Positions 18,068-27,800 of a stretch of DNA of 64,000 nucleotides are shown in pieces. The position numbers and the translations under genes were made by a program. Location: NCBI GenBank assembly GCA_043810925.1, contig JBDRNT010000094.1:4805-68804 (forward strand), in the 5' to 3' direction. How positions within the stretch are numbered: position 1 is the stretch's first letter; the number at the start of each line of letters is the position of its first letter. This DNA is from Candidatus Eiseniibacteriota bacterium (GTDB taxonomy: Bacteria; Arandabacterota; Arandabacteria; Arandabacterales; Arandabacteraceae). The notes under the pieces are model-generated. The model saw only the letters and a program-made list of their open reading frames with translations, did not search any database and had not been told where the DNA came from.

Positions 18068-19312
18068 CTATTTGGGGCCTTCTGAATTGCCGGCTTTATC
18101 CAGTCCGAGGTCCGTGTGCAGTCTTTGTATTGCGCGGACTACCTCCGTCTCTTTTACTGCGACGGTCATGGTGATTCCCGACGTTGAGATCATCTCCGGT
18201 TGGAGGTCAAGTGAAGCCAGTGAGGCAAGGATCTTCTTCGCCATGCCCGGTTTGCCACAGAGACCGTGACCGACGATGGAAATCGTCGCCAGTCCTTCAT
18301 CGATGTCGAGGTCCGCGTCCGGGAGCACTTCAGAGATGCGGCTGAGCGCCGGTTTCTTCTGATCGCGTTGGAGCATTATGGAGATGGTCCCTTTCCTGAC
18401 GCCGGCGGGGGAGATGTTGAAGAATCTCACCCCGATGTCCGCTTCTTCAAGAGCTCCGAGCATACGTTGGGCAAGACCGGCGGCGTCTTCGGCGTCTCTG
18501 ACGCTGACGCTGACGAGGTCTAAGTCCTGGGTGATTCCTCTTATCCCGGCGGTTTCGATATCTTCCCTTGCTGTCACGATTGTCCCAATCTCCTTCCTGA
18601 AGGACGAGCGCACATGCACTCTCACTCCGAAACGCCTTGCAACCTCGACACTCCTCCAATGAAGAACCTGCGCTCCGCAAAGCGATAGCTCGAGCATCTC
18701 GTCATAGGATATTATCTCGATCTTCCTGGCACGGGGCACGAGGCGTGGGTCGGCGGTATAGATTCCATCGACGTCCGTGAAAATGTCGCACTCCTCGGCG
18801 TGAAAAGCCGCTGCGAGCGCCACGCAGGTCGTATCGGACCCGCCCCTGCCCAGAGTTGTGACCTCTTTTGCAGGACTTACGCCCTGAAACCCGGCGACGA
18901 TTACGATTCTCCCCTTCTCGAGCTCCTCCCCGACCCGATGCGCTCTGACATCCAGTATCTTGGCTGTCGTGTGGCTCGTATCGGTCACAATCCCGCTCTG
19001 AGAACCGGTGAAGGATATCGCCTCATATCCGAGATCGCTTATGGCCATTGAGAGAAGAGCCATGGAGATCCTCTCCCCGGCGGTAAGCAGCATGTCGAGT
19101 TCCCGTTTCGACGGGTTTGGGGACACCGTCTTAGCCAGTTCGAAGAGCTGGTCGGTGGTGTCCCCCATCGCGGACACGACCACGATAACGTCCTTACCCT
19201 GTCTCTTCTCTTCAACCAGGTGTGCGGCGACCATCTTGATCCTGTCGGGGGAGGCAAGGGATGTCCCCCCGAACTTCTGCACAACCAGGGTGCCCGATCT
19301 CACTTTTGCCAC
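18068..19312 (-). CDS. lysC: Aspartate kinase.
   Basis: 414 aa. VQKFGGTS kinase N-terminus and two C-terminal ACT domains. Confidence 0.9.
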   Translation of the reverse strand: MAKVRSGTLVVQKFGGTSLASPDRIKMVAAHLVEEKRQGKDVIVVVSAMGDTTDQLFELAKTVSPNPSKRELDMLLTAGERISMALLSMAISDLGYEAISFTGSQSGIVTDTSHTTAKILDVRAHRVGEELEKGRIVIVAGFQGVSPAKEVTTLGRGGSDTTCVALAAAFHAEECDIFTDVDGIYTADPRLVPRARKIEIISYDEMLELSLCGAQVLHWRSVEVARRFGVRVHVRSSFRKEIGTIVTAREDIETAGIRGITQDLDLVSVSVRDAEDAAGLAQRMLGALEEADIGVRFFNISPAGVRKGTISIMLQRDQKKPALSRISEVLPDADLDIDEGLATISIVGHGLCGKPGMAKKILASLASLDLQPEMISTSGITMTVAVKETEVVRAIQRLHTDLGLDKAGNSEGPK

Positions 19313-19367
19313 GTTTCTCCTCGCTTTACTTCTTAGACGAAGTTATGTTAAGGTGCTGGTTCAGCGA

Positions 19368-19396
19368 TTTGCAAGCGATATATAATATGTGGTTGT
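19368..19396 (+). promoter_or_regulatory. Candidate promoter with a perfect -10 TATAAT and a weak -35.
   Basis: TATAAT is at 19391-19396, 22 nt upstream of the ATG at 19419. The region is a divergent intergenic space shared with lysC. Confidence 0.3.
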
Positions 19397-19418
19397 TTCA
19401 CATGATAAGGAGGCTAAG

Positions 19419-20057
19419 ATGTCGAGAAAACTATGCTTGGCGGTCGCAGCCCTGATCACCCTGACTCTCGTCATCGGCTGTGGCGGCCGTGCGGTGAAAC
19501 GTGCCCCGGTTGAGGATGTGACCCGTGACCTGGACCCCGATACCAGGGTCGAGATGCTTGAGCAGTTGGCCGTCAACTTTCCCGATGATGCCAACGTGTA
19601 CTACGAGCTCGGCAATACCTTCTATGAACAGGCGTTGCCCAACGATGCCAGGCGCAACTATGAGAAGGCCCTCGGTCTCGACCCCGAAATGAACCCCGCG
19701 CGGGTGAACCTGGCGATGCTGCTCGCCGAATCGGATGAGGTTGACAGTGCTAAGGTTCTTCTCAGAGAAGCCCTCGAAATCAATCCGAACGATGCCAAGG
19801 CATATACCAATCTCGGCGTCGTCTATTACACAGAGATGAACGTCGATGCGGCTGTGAAGCAATTCACCAAGGCGCTTGAGATCGAGCCGGACAACCTCGA
19901 GGCACACTATAATCTGGGACTTGCGTTTGCGGAGTCCGGGCTGCTTGTCGAGGCGATAACCGAGTGGAGGCTGATCGTGGAGTTGGACGAAACCAGCGAG
20001 ACAGCAGAGCGGGCAAGGCTCTCACTCGATCGCGCCGAGAGGGATCTGAAAAAGTAA
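19419..20057 (+). CDS. TPR-repeat lipoprotein.
   Basis: AGGAGG RBS. A lipobox LVIGCGG and three to four TPR motifs. Confidence 0.7.
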   Translation: MSRKLCLAVAALITLTLVIGCGGRAVKRAPVEDVTRDLDPDTRVEMLEQLAVNFPDDANVYYELGNTFYEQALPNDARRNYEKALGLDPEMNPARVNLAMLLAESDEVDSAKVLLREALEINPNDAKAYTNLGVVYYTEMNVDAAVKQFTKALEIEPDNLEAHYNLGLAFAESGLLVEAITEWRLIVELDETSETAERARLSLDRAERDLKK

Positions 20058-20145
20058 CGGATTGACACCGATTGACCGATTTGTTAATGTCTGGCGTCAA
20101 GAACTTGTCATACGCTTGATGGGCATATTGAAAGGAGCGGAATCA

Positions 20146-21288
20146 ATGGCGGCGAGGATCGCAGCGATTTCCTTTCTGGTTATGGCACTCGCACTGGTTA
20201 TAGGATGCGTAAGCCAGCAGGCATCCGACACCCCTCGACCTTCTCCGGATAGAGACGACATAGAGGTAAGCGAGGTTGACAAGCATTACTATCTGGGGGC
20301 GGAGTACCTGAGAAACGACATGTTCGGGGAAGCCACGAGGGAGTTTTTGGCTGTCCTGGAGATCGATCCCAACTATCAGAAGGCCTACACCAACCTGGGT
20401 TTCATATACCTCCAGCAGAGACGGCTTACCGAGTCGATCGAGGCGTATCAGAAGGCCGTCGAACTGTCGCCGAATGATTCCGAGGGACATGCAGGTTTGG
20501 GCTGGGCCTATATGGCTGATGGGCAGTTCAAGGAGGCGACCGAGGAGTACAGAATCGCCACCAAACTGGCGCCGAACGCCCCCGACAACTTCCTCAATCT
20601 CGGGGCTGCGTATGAAAAGCAGGGGCTTCTGCCTGAAGCGATCGAGTCATATCGCAAGGCCGTGGAACTCAAGCCCGATGACCTCAGTAACGTCCTGACC
20701 CTGGGTAACCTGCTCTATGAGAACGAGCTATTCGTCGATGCGATAAGCGTTTACACGCACGCTGTCACGCTGGCTCCCGAGGAGTTCAGTGTCGTAAAAA
20801 CACTCGGGTGGTTGCATCTCAAGGTAGAGGACTACGAGTCGGCCATTGAGTTTTATGAGAAAGCCGCAGCGATGAAACCTGAAGATGGCCAGCTGAGGTA
20901 CTGGCTGGCCGCCTCATACGATAAGATTGGGAACGCGTCGAAGTCCATAGAACACATGGAGAAGGCGCTGGAGCTCAATCCTGAGAATCCCGACTTCTAC
21001 TGGCTTCTGGCCGACCAGTATGTGAAGGTGAAGAGGTACAGTGACGCGATATCGGTTGTGCGGCGGGAACTTGAAATAAGGCCCAAGAGTGCGGCCGCCT
21101 ACTGCATCTGGGGCAAGGCGCTTGAGAAGCAGGGAGACTTCGAAGGGGCTATCAACAAGTTCCAGAGGGCGGTGGAGTGTAACGACCCCGCCTGGCATGA
21201 CTACGCCATTAAGGAAATAGGGCGTCAGGAGGCGCTGATCAAACGGCGCGAGGCCATAGAGGAACAGGAAGCCTTCGACGACGAGTAG
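20146..21288 (+). CDS. TPR-repeat lipoprotein of about 380 aa.
   Basis: A signal/lipobox ALALVIGC and eight or more TPR repeats. Confidence 0.7.
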   Translation: MAARIAAISFLVMALALVIGCVSQQASDTPRPSPDRDDIEVSEVDKHYYLGAEYLRNDMFGEATREFLAVLEIDPNYQKAYTNLGFIYLQQRRLTESIEAYQKAVELSPNDSEGHAGLGWAYMADGQFKEATEEYRIATKLAPNAPDNFLNLGAAYEKQGLLPEAIESYRKAVELKPDDLSNVLTLGNLLYENELFVDAISVYTHAVTLAPEEFSVVKTLGWLHLKVEDYESAIEFYEKAAAMKPEDGQLRYWLAASYDKIGNASKSIEHMEKALELNPENPDFYWLLADQYVKVKRYSDAISVVRRELEIRPKSAAAYCIWGKALEKQGDFEGAINKFQRAVECNDPAWHDYAIKEIGRQEALIKRREAIEEQEAFDDE

Positions 21289-21317
21289 CCTACCGGGGTC
21301 AGGACAATTCCGGTGAT

Positions 21318-21373
21318 AATTTCGGTGACACCAAACTTAATTATTGTCAATTAAGTTTGGTGTCACCGAAATT
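21318..21373 (+). terminator. Perfect 25-bp inverted repeat hairpin downstream of the TPR gene.
   Basis: AATTTCGGTGACACCAAACTTAATT, then ATTGTC, then the exact reverse complement. It sits 30 nt after the stop codon. Confidence 0.45.
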
Positions 21374-21435
21374 GTTAGCATCGGAATTTTCGAGCTCTGA
21401 CCCCATTTACTCTGCCCCCCTTTGCCCCTTTGTTC

Positions 21436-21466
21436 TTGACACTCCCGTAACCTGTTATTATACAAT
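21436..21466 (+). promoter_or_regulatory. Sigma70-like promoter for the tRNA cluster: TTGACA, 17-nt spacer, TATACAAT.
   Basis: A consensus -35 at 21436-21441 and a -10 at 21459-21466. It lies about 27 nt upstream of tRNA-Ser. Confidence 0.4.
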
Positions 21467-21491
21467 ATAAGTAGCCGGATTCCCCATTTGT

Positions 21492-21577
21492 GGAGGGATG
21501 GCCGAGCGGTCGAAGGCGGCGGTCTTGAAAACCGTTGACCGAAAGGTCCGTGGGTTCGAATCCTACTCCCTCCGCCA
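21492..21577 (+). tRNA. tRNA-Ser (anticodon TGA).
   Basis: Cloverleaf with acceptor GGAGGGA/TCCCTCC, anticodon loop CTTGAAA, a long variable arm and an encoded CCA. Confidence 0.85.
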
Positions 21578-21599
21578 TCTGAGTTTCCGGAGGAATCGG

Positions 21600-21695
<96 letters not shown>

Positions 21696-21729
21696 GACAA
21701 GGTAATGGAGGAAGATAGGCTTGGAGAAT

Positions 21730-21803
21730 GCGCCTGTAGCTCAATTGGATAGAGCGCGTGGCTACGGACCACGAGGCTGCGGGTTCAAATCCTGCCAGGC
21801 GCG
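21730..21803 (+). tRNA. tRNA-Arg (anticodon ACG).
   Basis: Acceptor GCGCCTG/CAGGCGC, anticodon loop CTACGGA, a short variable loop and no encoded CCA. Confidence 0.85.
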
Positions 21804-21836
21804 CTCCTTACACTAAGTGATGTGGGGGGTAAGAAG

Positions 21837-22715
21837 ATGAGAACTGCCGTCGTGACAGTAACTGCCGTATTGATCCTGCTGGCCGTGGTGCAGGTGGGCC
21901 CCGAGGCGAGAACGTTGAAGGTGCCGGAAGACTTCAAGGGTGTACAGGAGGCGGTCGGTGAGGCAACGTACGGTGACACAATACTGGTGTCCCCGGGGAC
22001 TTACAAGGTCCAGGCCAAACTGAGGAGCGGTGTCAAGGTCCTCTCAACAGACGGTCCTGACTCGACCGTTTTGTGGAACAGACGCTGGCATATCCTGGAG
22101 CTGATCGATTGCGATCTCGAAACCGAGATTTCGGGCTTCACCTTCGAGGGCAAAGGCTGCAACACTTGTCTGCCGTGTACTACAGGGGCTCCGGCGATCA
22201 CCGGCAACGTGATCAAGAACTCCTGGGACGGCATCAATCTGCTTAACTGCAATGCTCTTGTCTCAGGCAACACCATAACCGGCTGTAACCGGGGTGTTTA
22301 CCTTGAATACAGCGACCCGGAGCTGATAGAGAACACCTTCACGCGAAATGGTGACGCGGTCTCGATGGTCGGCGGTGCCCCCGTGATCGCCAGATGCACG
22401 TTCGAGCATAACGGCAGAGCATTTCTTATCTTCGGGCACTCCTATCCCACAATCGGAGGCTCGCTGACAACGGCAAACAACATCCTTACAAACGGTTTCA
22501 TGGTTTACAATGCAGGTCTACGCATAGACGGTACGTTGTATACAGATGAAAAAGAAGTAGCTGTGGCGACTCATAACTACTGGGGAAGCGATTGCCCGGA
22601 CGGCAAGCGGAACCGGGGAGAGGTCGCTTTCACTCCGTGGACCAACGCGGCGCATGACTCGGTGTTTTACGATTGTCCGGAGGCGCCGATCATGGAAGAG
22701 GACACATCTGAGTGA
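21837..22715 (+). CDS. Secreted right-handed parallel beta-helix repeat protein.
   Basis: Signal peptide MRTAVVTVTAVLILLAVVQVG. Repeated GN.I..N / NGI.L.NC beta-helix turns. Confidence 0.6.
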   Translation: MRTAVVTVTAVLILLAVVQVGPEARTLKVPEDFKGVQEAVGEATYGDTILVSPGTYKVQAKLRSGVKVLSTDGPDSTVLWNRRWHILELIDCDLETEISGFTFEGKGCNTCLPCTTGAPAITGNVIKNSWDGINLLNCNALVSGNTITGCNRGVYLEYSDPELIENTFTRNGDAVSMVGGAPVIARCTFEHNGRAFLIFGHSYPTIGGSLTTANNILTNGFMVYNAGLRIDGTLYTDEKEVAVATHNYWGSDCPDGKRNRGEVAFTPWTNAAHDSVFYDCPEAPIMEEDTSE

Positions 22716-22748
22716 TCCGGTTCCGGGGTTGGTTCCGGGGGCACACCG

Positions 22749-24824
22749 GTGTGGCTGTCCGTGTCCGGAGGTGGGATATTGCCTGAGATCTCCAGAAGGG
22801 ATCGCAGGCTGCTGTTTCTGATAGTACTGATAGCCCTTGCCATAAGGGTTGCCTATCTGATCGACATACGGGACTCACCGTATTTCGAATACCCTGTACT
22901 CGATTCCTTCTGGTATGACGCCAAGGCCGAAGACGTCCTGGCCGGGGACACTCTCGCAAGCAGCGGGTCTTTCAGGGTTCCGCTTTACACGTATTTCATC
23001 GCAGCATGCTATTCGGTGTTCGGTCATGGATTCATGGCCCCCCTCGTGATCCAGGCAATGCTCGGGGCTCTCACGTGCGGACTGTGCTTCCTTATCGCCC
23101 GGCGGCTTTTCGGGCGGTTGGCGGGGGTGGTCGCGGGTCTTGGATTTGCCCTTTACAGGATGGCCGTCTACTCCGACGGTGAGTTGCTGCCCACAACCCT
23201 TTTCATGTTCTTCATGTTAGTGGCCGTTTATTTCATCCTGGCGGGGATCCGTGCCCGCCCCGTTTCAAACGGTGTGCTGACCGGGTTGTTTCTTGGCCTG
23301 GCGTTTCTGACCAGACCCGACATACTGCCATTCGCCGTTGTCACCGTCGCAGTCATACTGGTCCTCGTCGGGTTTGCCAAGGGCGTTCGCTTCGTCGTCC
23401 CGATGTGCGCCCTGCTGGTCGCACTCATGCTGCTTCTCGGCTGCAGAAACCACCTGGCATTCGGTGAGTTCCACGTGTTCTCGCCCCAGGGTGCGGTGAA
23501 TTTCTATATCGGAAACGCCGGTTTCGCCGATGGCAAGACGCCCGTTGCGCCTTTGACCCGGTACCCCTATCAAGTCGCAGCGGACCCCAGCGAGGACTCG
23601 ATCACACTCGCCTGTAAACAGGCCGCCGCAGAAGAGGTGGGCAGGGTACTCACCGACAGGGAGCTTTCGAGATACTATGTCCTGAAAACATTCGGTGAGA
23701 TAGGTGATGACTTCCCCCGCTGGCTCGGCCTGGTTTCAAAAAAGGTCTACTACTTCCTGAACACCTACGAGCGCAGTGATATTAAACTGATACCACGCTT
23801 TGTCCAGAGACATTCGGCCGTTCTCAGACTTCCGCTCATCCCGTATGCAGTGGTGATGCCCCTTGGAGTCGTGGGAATGGGTCTCGCAATCCTGCGGCGG
23901 AGAAGACGTGTCTGGATTATCACAGCAGGTCTCCTGGCCTTTGCTGCAAACGCGCTCATCTTTTTTGTGATCTGGAGGTACCGTCTTCCCGCTGTCCCGT
24001 TCCTGGCCATTCTTGCGGGCTACGCCGTGACGGAAACGTGTGTTGCACTGCGCGAAAGGGCCTTTAGAACGGTCATAGTGATGCTTGGGGCCGCGCTCGT
24101 CCTCGGGCTGATCTCGGTATCAAGCCTCTGGCGGGTCGCTGAAGAGGACTGGACGAGCCAGTACATAGCCAACGAAGGCGCTCTTTTCATGAAGGCTGAA
24201 AGATACGAAGAGGCGACCGAGCTTTACAAGGAAGCGATAGAGGCCGAGCCGTCGAACCCGGCTTCATACTTCTATCTGGGCAAAGCCTATGCGACGCGCG
24301 GACTCATCGATGAATCGAAAGAGATGATGGAAAAGGCCGTGATGTTAAGTGCCGGCTACGAGCCGTTTGCCCATCAGACCCTTGGAGTGGCATTTGCCAA
24401 CAGCGGGGACTTCGCATCGGCGGTCGCTGAGTTCGAAAAGGCGCTTGCTGCGGACGGCGAGCTCGGGCTGGCGGCGTTCAATCTCGGTCTGTGTAATATG
24501 AGCCTGGGCAACTACGAGGAGGCAGAAAAAGCCTTCACACGTGCTGAGTTTCTTTGTAAAGATGATAGTGGGGTGTTGGTGGCCATTGCCCGGGCATTCG
24601 TCAACATGGGCCGGCAAGAGAGGGGGATCAGGCTTGCGCAGACCGTGCTTCGCGACGATCCTCATAACCCGGAAGCCCTCTATACGGTCGGTCTCGGGTT
24701 GGAAGGGCAGGGAAGAGTTCCCGAGGCGATCGTCTACTTCGAAAGAGCACTCAGGTTCCTTCCTTCAGCTCAGGAGATAAGACAGAAGATAATTGACCTG
24801 AAGAGGCGGCAGTCTATGCAATGA
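22749..24824 (+). CDS. GT-C fold membrane glycosyltransferase (GT39/PMT-like or ArnT-like) with a C-terminal TPR domain.
   Basis: The N-terminal ~450 aa hold 10 or more TM helices and an early-loop DSPYFEYPVLD acidic motif. The C-terminal ~230 aa are TPR repeats. Confidence 0.6.
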   Translation: MWLSVSGGGILPEISRRDRRLLFLIVLIALAIRVAYLIDIRDSPYFEYPVLDSFWYDAKAEDVLAGDTLASSGSFRVPLYTYFIAACYSVFGHGFMAPLVIQAMLGALTCGLCFLIARRLFGRLAGVVAGLGFALYRMAVYSDGELLPTTLFMFFMLVAVYFILAGIRARPVSNGVLTGLFLGLAFLTRPDILPFAVVTVAVILVLVGFAKGVRFVVPMCALLVALMLLLGCRNHLAFGEFHVFSPQGAVNFYIGNAGFADGKTPVAPLTRYPYQVAADPSEDSITLACKQAAAEEVGRVLTDRELSRYYVLKTFGEIGDDFPRWLGLVSKKVYYFLNTYERSDIKLIPRFVQRHSAVLRLPLIPYAVVMPLGVVGMGLAILRRRRRVWIITAGLLAFAANALIFFVIWRYRLPAVPFLAILAGYAVTETCVALRERAFRTVIVMLGAALVLGLISVSSLWRVAEEDWTSQYIANEGALFMKAERYEEATELYKEAIEAEPSNPASYFYLGKAYATRGLIDESKEMMEKAVMLSAGYEPFAHQTLGVAFANSGDFASAVAEFEKALAADGELGLAAFNLGLCNMSLGNYEEAEKAFTRAEFLCKDDSGVLVAIARAFVNMGRQERGIRLAQTVLRDDPHNPEALYTVGLGLEGQGRVPEAIVYFERALRFLPSAQEIRQKIIDLKRRQSMQ

Positions 24825-27800
24825 AGCGTCAACTTGCAGTGAGACTACTGGTGTTGCTTGCGGTCCTCCTTGCGGGCAGGTCTGCCTGCGCCGTGGCTCT
24901 GAGACCGGATGTGTTCGAAAGACTGCATAGCGAGGGCCGGGTGGAGCATGTCAGGCAGATGCTGGAGCTCAAACGGGCCGAGGAACCTGTCGATCGAAAC
25001 GTAAAGACGGCCGGTTCGCTGAGAGCCCTTGTGTTGATGATCGACTTCGACGACGTTGCGGCAGACACGATCCTCCATTCCAGGCAGCACTTTAACGAGA
25101 TGCTCTTCAGCCTCGACAACGAGCTGAGCATGAGAAACTACTACCTCTGGAGCTCGTACGGTGCACTTGATATAACGGGCGAGATTTACGGGTGGTTCAG
25201 GGTGAAGGAGCCGCTCTCCTATTACGCCAACAGCAATGCCGGCATGGATGCATATCCCAGAAACGCCCAGAAGATGATTGAAGATGCCCTCGATGCGGCA
25301 GACTACCGGGTGGATTTCTCGCAGTTCGACAATGACGGGCCTGACGGCATCCCCGACAGCGGCGATGACGACGGCTATGTCGATTTCCTCATGGTCGTGC
25401 ATGCCGGGCAAGGCTACGAGCAGACGATGAACCCGGGGCACATCCATTCACATGTCTCGACGATCAGGGCCAGGCCGGTGGACGGTGTATATGCCAGGAT
25501 GTATTCGACCGAACCCGAGGACGGACCCGTGGGAACCTTCGCGCACGAATTCGGTCACCTGCTGGGGTTGCCCGACCTGTATGACATAACGCTCAACACT
25601 TACGGGCTCGGGATGTGGTCGCTGATGGCTTACGGCTCGTGGGGTGAGGGGGGACGCCGCCCGGTAGGGCTCGACCCATGGTGCAAGACCCAGCTGGGTT
25701 TCCTGGAACCGGTTGTGATCGACAGCAATTACGTGGAATACGAGCTTCCGTGCATTGAGGATGGGCCGGACGCGCTTAAGCTGTGGAGCCAAGGTGAGAC
25801 GGGGAAGCAGTACTTCATGGTTGAGAACAGGAGAAGCAAGTCCTGGGATTCGTGGCTGACGTGGTTTGACGAGGGGCTGCTTGTCTATCACGTCGACGAG
25901 AGACACCAGGATAACTCGAGCGATTCCGGGCATCTCATAAGTCTTGAACAGGCGGACGGAAGGTTCGATCTTGAAGAGAGGAGACTCTGGGGTTTCGGAT
26001 CGGATGGAGGAGACCCCTATCCGGGAGAGACCGGTAACAGGACGTTCAGCTGGTGGACGAGGCCGGACAATCAATCGAACGAGGGCAGTCCCACACAGGT
26101 CAGCCTGCGGAACATCAGTGATCCCGGCGATGTCATGACATTCGATGTTGAGGTCTGGTCGCCTGTGATCCTGTTTGAAGACTATCGGATCGATGACGAG
26201 TCCGGGGACGGAGACGGCGAGCCTGACCCGGGTGAGGAAATAAATCTGGGTCTGAGATTCAGAAATCGCGGTATAACCTGTGATGACCTCACAGTCACCC
26301 TGCGTACGGATGATCCCCACGTAACCCCCGGTGAGACCGTGGTCTTGCTTGAAGCAATCGAGGGCGGTTCCCTTTCGGGGGTGTCTAACATCTCCATGCA
26401 GATAGATGAGACCGTTCCCGAGCCTTACGATGTTGAGTTCGAGATCACGATCGAGGGCACTCATGCCTATGGGATCTATCAGTCCACGGACAGGTTCGTG
26501 CTCGGGGTCCCCGTGAGGAGACTGCCGGGCTGGCCCGTGTTCGCCGGTGATGGCATGACCGCTTCACCGGCCGTCGCTGATCTGGATGGTGACGGCGTCA
26601 AGGAGATCATTGTCGGCTGCAATGACGGCATGCTCTATGCGTGGAAACTGGACGGCACACCCGTTCCCGGGTGGCCGGCAGTGGTCGGGGCACCCGTACA
26701 CTCGAAACCTGCCGTTTGTGATGTCGATCTGGATTTCAGATCCGAAGTGGTCGTAACCTCCAGGGATGGGCGTGTCCATGTCTTTGAGAATGACGGTACC
26801 CCTTGTCCGGGATGGCCCCGGTCCACGGGAGACCAGATCCTGTCATCGGCGCTGCTTGCCGACATCGATGATGACGGCATCGTTGAGATCATCTGTGGTT
26901 CGACCGACGGTCAGGTGTACGCATGGAATGAGAATGGTGGCCTGGTAAGTGGATGGCCCGTTGACATGGGCGGGTCCGAGGTATGGATGTCTGCTGCTGC
27001 CGCGGACGTCGATGGTGACCATCTTGAAGAAGTCGTAATCGGTGGCTACGGGGGGCCGCTATATGTCCTGGATGGGAACGGCGAAGTCCTCAGTGGCTGG
27101 CCTGCGCCGGTAGGGCGCGGTTGTGGCGACGGTTCGCCTTGCGTTGCGGACTTCGATGGTGACGGTACGCTCGAGATCGCGATTTCGGGTCTGTTCTCGA
27201 ATTCGATCTACCTGGTCGGCCTGGACGGCAGGATAAGGCCCGGGTGGCCCAGGTGGCCGTTCAACTGCCATGAACTCAGCAATCCGGTTCCTGCAGATAT
27301 CGACAACGACGGCCTGCCCGAGGTCGCTGTGTCGACTTCGTGCGGTACCATTGTCGCCTGGAATGCGAACGGTTCCCAGTGCAATGCCATAGAGGCCCAT
27401 GCTCCCGATCCGATCCGGGGGTGTGAACCCATTTTCCTTGATATCGACGGTAATGGCAGCATCGAAGGACTGGCCGGTACCTCCGAGTATGGCGACGGCG
27501 AGGTATACGTGTTCGGGAGTGAAGGTGTGCTGACGGGATTTCCGATTGACGTCGGTGGGGAGGTTGCGGCCACACCTGTTGTGGATGATCTCGATGGCGA
27601 CGGTAATGCCGAGATAGTGGCCGTGACGAAGGCCGGCCAGGTGTACGTATGGCGTTTCGTTGGTCCGAAGCAGACCGGGAGGATCGAGTACTCGCAGTCA
27701 AGGTCCAACGTCTGGAATACAGGCCACTATGATTTCGTCCCTCATGACAACATTCCGCTTGCCGACCTTGCCCTGAGTGCAGGGGATATCTCCCTTGATC

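Noticed and set aside
25448-26464. Long antisense ORFs (338 aa here, 351 aa at 50017-51072, 272 aa at 6831-7649, and others) inside confidently assigned genes.
   Set aside because: High GC content produces long spurious open frames. All of them are fully embedded antisense to genes with strong homology-type signatures and have no RBS or motifs.
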